A DNA stretch of 60,912 nt, filler included, from Candidatus Ancaeobacter aquaticus (lineage in GTDB: Bacteria > Auribacterota > Ancaeobacteria > Ancaeobacterales > Ancaeobacteraceae), in the NCBI GenBank assembly GCA_030765405.1. It is 4 parts of 4 records of this genome, joined end to end, with 100 filler letters (N's around TTAATTAATTAA, not from the genome) between each part and the next. Parts side by side here need not be neighbours in the genome. Positions count along the whole stretch, not along the records: positions 33,866 to 57,778 come from JAVCCP010000027.1; positions 57,879 to 60,912 come from JAVCCP010000016.1; 2 more parts are not named here. One strand, written 5' to 3'. The translations under genes and the position numbers were made by a program. Every line of letters begins with the position of its first letter. Positions within the stretch are counted from its first letter, which is position 1. The notes under the pieces were generated by a model. That model saw only the letters and a list, made by a program, of their open reading frames with translations, ran no database searches and was not told the DNA's origin. Positions 51,965 through 59,423 of the stretch are shown here, piece by piece.

Positions 51965-54259
51965 TTATGATTGTCTTTTTTGTGTAACAAAAAGAGCAAT
52001 GCATCCTCCTTTTAACACGGCGATTAATATGCAGGTTTGAGTTAATCCGAGAATGGGAATCGCGTACATACCCGTAAGAAGTGCACCGCACGCCGCGCCG
52101 AAACAGTCCCATCCATCTATCATTCCTGCAGTGTGACCCAGAGATTTCTGTGTAGAAAAATACAGTTTGTTTGCGAGAGGAAATTCTCCACCAGTCAAAA
52201 ATCCTGATACGAATACAAGTATGTAAAAAATATACATTGATATATTTGCCGTGAGAATCAATGTAGATGAGAGCGAAATATGCCACAAAATAATCGGTAG
52301 TGCCAATGCAAAAACAAGCAGAGTGCTTTCAAAAATAATGAAAGTGGCAAAAATACGTTTAAACAATGTGTTGGTGAGAATGCTCCCGACGGTTAGCCCT
52401 GCCATGAACAGTGCAAGTAGTAAACCTATTTTTTGGTATATGTATCCGTAGGTATTTTGATACATGAGTATAAGGGCTATTTCAAAGGCCATACCCGCCA
52501 TACCGGTTATAAAGATTGCGGTAAGCGTGTTAAATCTCAGATTTGGTTTAAACGCTTTTTTGCGGGATAGGAATAACCGCAACAAAAAAAACAGGATAAG
52601 AACGAGAAGGATTGTTTTGAATCGGATTTTTCTTATCAAGCCAAGCACATGATTTAAATGAGAGCCGGAATATCTATCCCACAAGACGAAATTAAGGTAA
52701 TAGGTTATCGGTTTGAAATCAGTGTTTACTAACGAAGCGGTAGTTTTTTTGAGCATTGAGTTTATATAGGAAACTCTGTCAGGTTGAAAAAATTGTCTTA
52801 ATATCACGGCTTTAAAATAGCGGCTTTTTGTTCCGCTTGCAGTATACCTCTTACTGAGAGTATTAGGATTTGTTGTAATAACGCCTTCTTCCTGAGCGGC
52901 AAAGAAGTAGTTTTGTGTTCCTGGTGTTACGACAATGTGTGAGAAAACTTTTTTGAGTGTTTGGTATACGGATCCGATATAATCATTTAAATCGGTGTCT
53001 AAATAATCGCTTCCGGAACTGATCTGCGAGGCACACACACCATTTGGTTTAAGTATATCCAGAACCTCATTATAAAAATTGAGTGTGTAATAACGGTTGA
53101 CGAACGCAGTTGAAGGATCAGATACGTTGATTAATACGATATCATAGGTGTTTTCTGTATGTTTTACAAAATATCGTCCATCCGATAAATGAATAGTGAG
53201 CCGGGAATCTTTCAGAAAATCATTGTTTGGCGGTTCCAGATGATCTGTGACAAGGGTAATAAGTGCCGGGTCAAGTTCAACATAGTCTACGCTCTCAATA
53301 GGGTGTAGTAATATTTCACTTAGTAATCCTCCGAGTCCACCGCCTATAAGAAGAATGTTTTTAGGTGACGGATGCTGGGAAAGTGCTAAGTGGGCATATG
53401 ACGCGTATTGATACGGATCAGGAAATGAAAGCATATATTGACCGTTACCAAACATACTATAAAGATCTTCTTGTTTTCCTAAAGAAAGATTTTCGTATTT
53501 TGTATCGGCAGATGTGATGTATTCAATATTAGGGTTAAAGCTGTTCCAACGTTTTATGATAGAAGAGTTGTTTAAAGAATCGGAATATCCAAACCATATT
53601 AAAAGTGGTATTCCGATAAGGCTGATAATAAACGGGACAATCACTATTGTGCGCGAGATAGTTTTCTTGATACTGAAAAATAAAATGAGGGAGAAAAAAG
53701 CTATTATAATTGCAAAGGCGCACAACACGAGAAACTGGTTAGAAAGTTCGACAAGAAAATACGTAAACAGTATTCCTCCCGCGATACTTCCAATACATTC
53801 TGAGATATATACTTTACCTATAGGTTGAGCAGTATGTGTTTTTGTAGTCTCTATCTGAGAAACCATTTTGCAGGCAGTGGGGAAAAATGCGCCTGCAAGA
53901 ATTGAAAAGGGAAGTATCCTTAGTGCCGTTGCCTTAAAAAGTGTGATAAGAGGGACTAAATGGCCCGGAGAAACATTAAAAATAGATCGTGTTAGACGTA
54001 TGAAATATAGTTCCTTTATCAGCAATATCGAAATAAGAAAAACGAGAGCGAAAAAGTACGGGGCGGCATCTTTATAAAAACGTGATAATTGGCCGGCTGC
54101 GATAGCACCGATTGTTATCCCTAAAAGCCATTGTGAAAGAATAATGCCGATAGATAATTCGTTACCAAAGAAAATGACAAGAAATTCGCGAAGAAATATT
54201 ATCTGCGCAATAGTGAAAAACGTTCCAAGTACAGTAATCAGAAAAAGTGCGATACTCAT
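51965..54259 (-). CDS. Membrane-fused spermidine synthase-like SAM-dependent protein
   Basis: TM bundles at both ends flanking LLIGGGLGG, VELDP, DGR and DP motifs. Confidence 0.88.
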   Translation of the reverse strand: MSIALFLITVLGTFFTIAQIIFLREFLVIFFGNELSIGIILSQWLLGITIGAIAAGQLSRFYKDAAPYFFALVFLISILLIKELYFIRLTRSIFNVSPGHLVPLITLFKATALRILPFSILAGAFFPTACKMVSQIETTKTHTAQPIGKVYISECIGSIAGGILFTYFLVELSNQFLVLCAFAIIIAFFSLILFFSIKKTISRTIVIVPFIISLIGIPLLIWFGYSDSLNNSSIIKRWNSFNPNIEYITSADTKYENLSLGKQEDLYSMFGNGQYMLSFPDPYQYASYAHLALSQHPSPKNILLIGGGLGGLLSEILLHPIESVDYVELDPALITLVTDHLEPPNNDFLKDSRLTIHLSDGRYFVKHTENTYDIVLINVSDPSTAFVNRYYTLNFYNEVLDILKPNGVCASQISSGSDYLDTDLNDYIGSVYQTLKKVFSHIVVTPGTQNYFFAAQEEGVITTNPNTLSKRYTASGTKSRYFKAVILRQFFQPDRVSYINSMLKKTTASLVNTDFKPITYYLNFVLWDRYSGSHLNHVLGLIRKIRFKTILLVLILFFLLRLFLSRKKAFKPNLRFNTLTAIFITGMAGMAFEIALILMYQNTYGYIYQKIGLLLALFMAGLTVGSILTNTLFKRIFATFIIFESTLLVFALALPIILWHISLSSTLILTANISMYIFYILVFVSGFLTGGEFPLANKLYFSTQKSLGHTAGMIDGWDCFGAACGALLTGMYAIPILGLTQTCILIAVLKGGCIALFVTQKRQS

Positions 54260-54319
54260 TATGGAAATATATTGTATCTAATCAATTTTATTTGTTCAAT
54301 AGCTAATCCGTGGAAAATA

Positions 54320-54349
54320 AAAAAGGACACGGGTTACCGTGTCCTTTTT
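54320..54349 (-). terminator. Intrinsic terminator after PEP-CTERM cassette 1
   Basis: GGACACGG stem, 4-nt loop, A and T runs on both sides. Confidence 0.8.
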
Positions 54350-54375
54350 ATTAGTTTTTAATTTTGTTTTTTTGC

Positions 54376-55137
54376 TTAATGCTTACAGCTTACAGCTTTT
54401 TTCCTAATCCATCCGCCAAAAAAACCTAAAAGCCCTATGCCGAAAAGAGCGTATGTTGACGGCTCGGGAACAGCGCTGATATCGTCAATATATACGTTAG
54501 AACTATTAGACGCGCCGGATATACCAAATGTATTTAATTCTCCAATATCACTTTTGAAAGGTGTATTGTTAAGTATGAGCACATCATCAACCCAGATATC
54601 GTAGGTGTCGTTGCCAAAATTGAAGTCTTTTAAAGTAATTTCTGCGGATGCAGAAGATGCTTCCCCAAAACTTTTTACTGTTACAGTACCAGCATTAGAC
54701 GTCAAAAACAAAAGCCCACCACCGTTTTTAAAGAATTGTAAATCCGGGCCAAGAGTTGCTCCTTCACTAAAAAACACGGTAGGATACGTCGCCTCGACAT
54801 CAGCGTCATCTATGCTTAACGTAAAACTGAACACCTGACCATTGTCGCTTGTTGCTCCGTTAAAAGAACGAGTTACTGTACCATCCGTCAATAAATTTCC
54901 GTAAAAGCGACCCTTCTCGACTCCATTGTTAATGTACCAGTTAGTATTGTGTGTAAGCCCAGTAGCCGCCCAATCTTGCAAATCCCACGTTCCTGTACCT
55001 TCACTTTGTCCAACAAGTGTCTGGTTTACTCCATAATCCTCAAAATCATCTCCAAAATTGATAACTGCCGCAAAAACTTGAGAGCTGATTAAAACAATAG
55101 GCACCGCAATGAATAATAGAATAAACAATTTCTTCAT
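54376..55137 (-). CDS. PEP-CTERM sorting-domain protein, cassette 1
   Basis: Signal peptide MKKLFIL; beta-rich body; VPEPSTYALFGIGLLGFFGGWIRKK tail. Confidence 0.93.
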   Translation of the reverse strand: MKKLFILLFIAVPIVLISSQVFAAVINFGDDFEDYGVNQTLVGQSEGTGTWDLQDWAATGLTHNTNWYINNGVEKGRFYGNLLTDGTVTRSFNGATSDNGQVFSFTLSIDDADVEATYPTVFFSEGATLGPDLQFFKNGGGLLFLTSNAGTVTVKSFGEASSASAEITLKDFNFGNDTYDIWVDDVLILNNTPFKSDIGELNTFGISGASNSSNVYIDDISAVPEPSTYALFGIGLLGFFGGWIRKKAVSCKH

Positions 55138-55334
55138 TTATACACTCTCCTTATTCTTATTAACGTTTTTCATTTCTAAAAGCTATTCTCGCACAAAACC
55201 ATAAATTGTCAATTAAACTTAAATGCAACAGGAAAAACTGCAGGCGGCCGAAGGCTGAAGGACCCGAAAGGGTATAATAATCTGGGGCCGCCATCTTACC
55301 CCGGTTCACCGGTTACAGAAAAACTCTCTATGCT
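55138..55334. repeat. Conserved upstream block, copy 1, ending in IS66-like terminal repeat at 55316
   Basis: Near-identical to 56264-56458 and 57472-57651; minus strand starts GTAACCGGTGAACCGGGGTAAG. Confidence 0.9.
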
Positions 55335-55335
55335 C

Positions 55336-55364
55336 TTGACAAAACCGAGTTTACGTGCTATAAC
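55336..55364 (+). promoter_or_regulatory. Sigma70-like promoter pointing antisense into cassette 2
   Basis: TTGACA-N17-TATAAC. Confidence 0.6.
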
Positions 55365-55510
55365 TCAGAGGATTAGAGCCTTTATAGAGATAGAGAAAAC
55401 AGTGAATTAATATATTGGTGTGTCTAAAAATTAGGAGTTTAGATGCAGGGGTGTATTGTGTTTTTCTCTAAATGAAATCAATTTTATTAGTTTTTAATTT
55501 TGTTTTTTGC

Positions 55511-56263
55511 TTAATGCTTACAGCTTACAGCTTTTTTCCTAATCCATCCGCCAAAAAACCCCAAAAGCCCTATGCCGAAAAGAGCGTATGTTGACGGCTC
55601 GGGAACGTTGCTGATAGATATGTCATCAAAGCTGGTGTAGTAGATGTCGTTCTGTTGCAGTAAAGATAAAGTTTGAAAATCAGAAACAGTTTCTACCCCA
55701 GCATAAAAGGCAATATATTCAGATTCAACCCCGCTATCAACTTTTGCCTTATATTGATTGTTATCAAAATCTACTTCTGTTATTGTAACGGTATGAAAAT
55801 ATCCACCACCAATAGTGGCAAGGTCGGTTCCTGCAGACCCAACACCGGTGAGACCACGTATCTTTATATTCCCGTCATTAACGAAGGATATATAAATACC
55901 CGCGGTGCTGTTGCTATCTACTAATTGGAACCCGCCGTAGATTCCTTCCCAGGGGGCTGTGATGTCCATTTTCATCTTAATTGTAATACCATTTGCATAA
56001 ATAGACGTTAACGTAGTATTAAAAGCCCTATATACACTATCACCAGCGCTAGATGCAGTCAGTTTTCCTGCTCCATCATCTCCTACAAATGTCGGAGATC
56101 CGTTGCCAGTCGTCCAATTAGTGCCCCAATTGTCTCCACCGCTCCCATTTATTATAGTTCCTGAACCGTAAGAACTAAAATCTTCTGTTATTGTGATAGC
56201 ATAGAGTGGGGAAGTAATACCCACAAAAACAGCCATTGAAATCAGAATAAACAATTTCTTCAT
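55511..56263 (-). CDS. PEP-CTERM sorting-domain protein, cassette 2
   Basis: Signal peptide MKKLFILISMAVFVGITSPLYA; same tail as cassettes 1 and 3. Confidence 0.93.
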   Translation of the reverse strand: MKKLFILISMAVFVGITSPLYAITITEDFSSYGSGTIINGSGGDNWGTNWTTGNGSPTFVGDDGAGKLTASSAGDSVYRAFNTTLTSIYANGITIKMKMDITAPWEGIYGGFQLVDSNSTAGIYISFVNDGNIKIRGLTGVGSAGTDLATIGGGYFHTVTITEVDFDNNQYKAKVDSGVESEYIAFYAGVETVSDFQTLSLLQQNDIYYTSFDDISISNVPEPSTYALFGIGLLGFFGGWIRKKAVSCKH

Positions 56264-56458
56264 TTATATACTCTCCTTATTCTTATTAACGTCTTTTATT
56301 CTAAAAGCTATACTCGCACAAAACCATAAATTGTCAATTAAACTTAAATGCGACAGGAAAAACTGCAGGCGGCCGCAGGCTGAAGTACTCAAAGGGTATA
56401 ATAATCTGGGGCCGCCATCTTACCCCGGTTCACCGGTTACAAAAAAACTCTCTATGCT
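56264..56458. repeat. Conserved upstream block, copy 2, IS66-like terminal repeat ending at 56440
   Basis: Near-identical to copies 1 and 3. Confidence 0.9.
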
Positions 56459-56553
56459 TATTTGTTCAACAGCTAATCTGTATTTCTTTTTTTAGCTGTT
56501 TTAATAGCTTGAAATAGGAAACTTCTGAAATAAATAACGCGGTCATAATGATA

Positions 56554-56592
56554 CTAAATAGATATTGCACCCTGGGTGCAATATCTATTTAG
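56554..56592. repeat. Perfect 39-bp palindrome
   Basis: CTAAATAGATATTGCACCC-T-GGGTGCAATATCTATTTAG. Confidence 0.95.
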
Positions 56593-56664
56593 GGGCTGGG
56601 TTCCGGATGTTTGGTGTTATAGCTCGTGTCGCGGTTTGTCCATTATATCTTTTTCAAGGAAAAT

Positions 56665-56696
56665 AAAAAAGGACACGGGGTACCGCGTCCTTTTTT
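56665..56696 (-). terminator. Intrinsic terminator after cassette 3
   Basis: Paralogue of 54320-54349; the one substitution gives a G-U pair on the minus-strand RNA. Confidence 0.75.
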
Positions 56697-56721
56697 ATTA
56701 GTTTTTAATTTTGTTTTTTGC

Positions 56722-57471
56722 TTAATGCTTACAGCTTACAGCTTTTTTCCTAATCCATCCGCCAAAAAAACCTAAAAGCCCTATGCCGAAAAGAGCGTAT
56801 GTTGACGGTTCGGGGACGCCGCTAATAGATATGTCATCAAAGTAAGTCGGGTTAGAGGTGTTGTATTGATATACCCCTAAAGTTTGAAAATTAGATACAT
56901 TATTAACAAAATCAATATAGTTAGATACAGGCCCGTCATCAACTCTTGCCTTATATCGATTATTATCAAAATCTACTTCTGTTATTATGATGTTATAAAA
57001 TGAATCATTACTAAATATGCTAATATCAGTTCCAGAACTTGGATCCGCAGAATCAGTGATTCCACGTATATTTAGCATCGGGTTAGTGCTAACGAAACCT
57101 ATCATAATACCTTTAGTACCTACTGAATCGCCAAGAAAAAAGGATCCATACCCCCCCCCGCCAAACGATGCGCCACTCTGTTTTATTTCAATTGTAATAC
57201 CATTTGCATCAATAGAAGTTAATGCAGTAGTAAAAGCCCTATATACATTATCACCCGCTCCAGATGCAGTCAGTTTTCCTGATCCAGAATCTCCTACAAA
57301 TGTTGGAGATCCGCTGCCAGTCCAATTAGTACCCCAATTGGTTCCACCGCTCCCATCTATTATAGTTCCTGAACCGTAAGAATCAAAATCTTCTAGTATT
57401 GTGATAGCATAGAGTGGGGAAGTAATACCCACAAAAACAGCCATTGAAATCAGAATAAACAATTTCTTCAT
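56722..57471 (-). CDS. PEP-CTERM sorting-domain protein, cassette 3
   Basis: First 25 aa and the tail identical to cassette 2; central region diverged. Confidence 0.93.
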   Translation of the reverse strand: MKKLFILISMAVFVGITSPLYAITILEDFDSYGSGTIIDGSGGTNWGTNWTGSGSPTFVGDSGSGKLTASGAGDNVYRAFTTALTSIDANGITIEIKQSGASFGGGGYGSFFLGDSVGTKGIMIGFVSTNPMLNIRGITDSADPSSGTDISIFSNDSFYNIIITEVDFDNNRYKARVDDGPVSNYIDFVNNVSNFQTLGVYQYNTSNPTYFDDISISGVPEPSTYALFGIGLLGFFGGWIRKKAVSCKH

Positions 57472-57651
57472 TTATACATCCTCCTAGTTAACGTCTTTTA
57501 TTTTAAAAGCTATACTCGCACAAAACCATAAATTGTCAATTAAATTTAAATGCAACAGGAATAACTGCAGGCGGCCGCAGGCTGAAGTACCCCAAAGGGT
57601 GTAATAATCTGGGGCCGCCATCTTACCCCGGTTCACCGGTTACAAAAAAAC
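57472..57651. repeat. Conserved upstream block, copy 3, IS66-like terminal repeat ending at 57643
   Basis: Near-identical to copies 1 and 2; followed by 8 bp and a second IS end. Confidence 0.9.
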
Positions 57652-57778
57652 GTAACCGGTGAGTAAAGGGGGGAATTATGGGGGGGGCAAGAGTGAATAG
57701 GGATCAATATCAGGATTATGGATATAAATTTCTAATGTTTTTTTAATCCATTCTTCCAAAGATCCATGTTTAAGACGC
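57652..57778 (-). mobile_element. Right end and transposase C-terminus of an IS66-like element, cut by the gap
   Basis: Terminus GTAACCGGTGAGTAAA; minus strand encodes RLKHGSLEEWIKKTLEIYIHNPDIDPYSLLPPP*, a paralogue of 59258-59403. Confidence 0.7.
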
Positions 57779-57878
57779 NNNNNNNNNNNNNNNNNNNNNN
57801 NNNNNNNNNNNNNNNNNNNNNNTTAATTAATTAANNNNNNNNNNNNNNNNNNNNNNNNNNNNNNNNNNNNNNNNNNNN
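57779..57878. other. Artificial contig linker
   Basis: 100 nt of N with central TTAATTAATTAA. Confidence 0.97.
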
Positions 57879-58047
57879 CAATTGGCAGCGGTATATTTGA
57901 TTGCATGTATCAACTATATTATCTAATGGGAAATGAGTCCAGCTAAAAAATCAAAAAAATGATGTTTGTAAATTTACCGTATTGGTGGGTACCTGAGTAG
58001 TTACTTTTTTTCTTTCTCTTTGTGGATACTGTGGATAAGTGGATAAC

Positions 58048-58875
58048 TCATGCCGCTCCCCTCATTTTTTCCTCATAAACATCCCACGGCCGCTTATCCC
58101 CGAGTGATTGATGTAGTCGTCCGTGGTTATAATAATCAAAGTATTTGGCTAATCCATTCTGTGCTTCCTGCATTGTTTTATACCCATTGATATACACATC
58201 CTGATACTTTACACTGCGCCAGAGCCGTTCAATAAATATATTGTCGAACACTCTACCCCGGCCATCCATGCTGATAGATATCTGCTGCGCTGTTAATCTC
58301 TTGATGAATGCCTCGCTCGTAAACTGTGCCCCTTGATCTGTATTAAATATTTCAGGAGTACCGTGTTTTTCCAATGCTTCATCAAGCGCTTCACAACAAA
58401 AACTTACATCCATTGTATTGCTTAATCTCCAGCTTAATACACTACGGCTATACCAATCCATTACTGCGACCAAGTACGCAAAACCATGCTTTAACCGTAT
58501 ATACGTTATATCCGTACTCCACACCTGATTGGGTCGTTCTACCGTAACATCTGTAAGCAGGTACGGATATATTGCGTGGCGTTTATTCGGCCTGCTCGTA
58601 TTTGGCTTCGGATATATCGGCATCAATCCCATTTTACGCATCAAACGTCTCACTCGCTTCGGACCGCATTTTTTACCAATATCCCGCAAATACGCTATCA
58701 TGCTACGTACTCCCATAAACGGATGCCTCGTAAACTCTTCATCTATTATATTCATTAACTCTATGTTATACGCGCTTTCCGGCACAGACTGATAATAAAG
58801 CCTCGATCGATTAATTGCCAGCAGTTTGCATTGATTCCGTATGCTCATATCCTCTGTATCCTTTTCTATCAACAA
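58048..58875 (-). CDS. IS3-family transposase OrfB (DDE integrase core)
   Basis: WSTDITYI, FNTDQGAQF, DNIFIERLWRSVKY, YN..RLHQSL. Confidence 0.95.
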   Translation of the reverse strand: MLIEKDTEDMSIRNQCKLLAINRSRLYYQSVPESAYNIELMNIIDEEFTRHPFMGVRSMIAYLRDIGKKCGPKRVRRLMRKMGLMPIYPKPNTSRPNKRHAIYPYLLTDVTVERPNQVWSTDITYIRLKHGFAYLVAVMDWYSRSVLSWRLSNTMDVSFCCEALDEALEKHGTPEIFNTDQGAQFTSEAFIKRLTAQQISISMDGRGRVFDNIFIERLWRSVKYQDVYINGYKTMQEAQNGLAKYFDYYNHGRLHQSLGDKRPWDVYEEKMRGAA

Positions 58876-58876
58876 T

Positions 58877-59176
58877 TTACGTTCCCTGGGTCTTAAAACG
58901 GTAATTTTTTTTAAGCCAGTCGTTTTCTACTTGCAGCTGACCAATCTGTTTATACAGTTCGTCTATAAGACGTCCTTTCTCCTTCTCATCCGGATCCTTT
59001 TTGCCAGAAAATAATCCAGGCGAACCTTCTCGCAGCTCACTCTTCCATTGTGCAATCTGTGTCGAATGAACCCCATATTCGCTGCTGATCTCTGCGCTTG
59101 TCTTCAACCCTTTTATTGCCTCAATTGCTACTTTTGCTTTAAATTCCTTGCTGAATTGCTTTCTCATGCTTCCCAT
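58877..59176 (-). CDS. IS3-family transposase OrfA (HTH)
   Basis: RKQFSKEFKAKVAIEA, YGVH..QI..WK, LYKQIGQL.VE.DWLKK; AGGAGG RBS. Confidence 0.93.
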   Translation of the reverse strand: MGSMRKQFSKEFKAKVAIEAIKGLKTSAEISSEYGVHSTQIAQWKSELREGSPGLFSGKKDPDEKEKGRLIDELYKQIGQLQVENDWLKKNYRFKTQGT

Positions 59177-59257
59177 CCAGACCTCCTGTGGTTAGTACCA
59201 CCATTATACCTTATTTCTCTATCTTATACACTGGTCTGATTCTTGGGGAGTATTATA

Positions 59258-59403
59258 TTTTGCATACAGCACGCAAACGACTTAAGAATGGAACCCTGGA
59301 AGAATGGCTTAAGAAAACATTAGAAGCTTATATCCATAATCCTGATATTGATCCCTATTCACTCTTGCCTCCCAAATAATCCCCCGCTTTACTCACCGGT
59401 TAC
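59258..59403 (+). mobile_element. IS66-like remnant: transposase C-terminus and right terminal repeat
   Basis: ILHTARKRLKNGTLEEWLKKTLEAYIHNPDIDPYSLLPPK* then TTTACTCACCGGTTAC; similar to 57652-57778 in inverted orientation. Confidence 0.65.
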
Positions 59404-59423
59404 CTTAAATGAACAGACTCTTT

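Larger units (their letters stand above)
57915..59257 (-). mobile_element. IS3-family insertion sequence (about 1.34 kb)
   Basis: orfA/orfB pair; imperfect terminal repeats TATAATACTCCCCAAGAATCAGACCA (59232-59257) and TATATTATCTAATGGGAAATGAGTCCA (57915-57941). Ends approximate; no target duplication seen. Confidence 0.85.

Noticed and set aside
55186..55212. Sigma70 promoter for the cassette genes
   Set aside because: TTGACA is conserved in all three copies but no good -10 lies 16-18 nt away; not called as a feature.
55243..55292. Hammerhead ribozyme or known riboswitch in the cassette leader
   Set aside because: CTGAAG is present but the CUGANGA/GAAA core and the TPP and c-di-GMP consensus elements are not.
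55150..55295. Small ORF MAAPDYYTL... in the cassette leader
   Set aside because: Interrupted by an early TGA in copy 2, so not conserved.
54376..57471. Diversity-generating retroelement acting on the PEP-CTERM genes
   Set aside because: No reverse transcriptase in the window; differences include indels and all base types, not adenine-specific changes.
55138..57651. Three ~180-bp repeats as a CRISPR array or integron
   Set aside because: Units are over 1 kb apart with whole genes between them; no cas genes, no integron integrase and no GTTRRRY/RYYYAAC attC pattern.
59188..59379. 63-aa ORF as a real small gene
   Set aside because: Chimera of IS3 left-end sequence and the IS66-like C-terminus.
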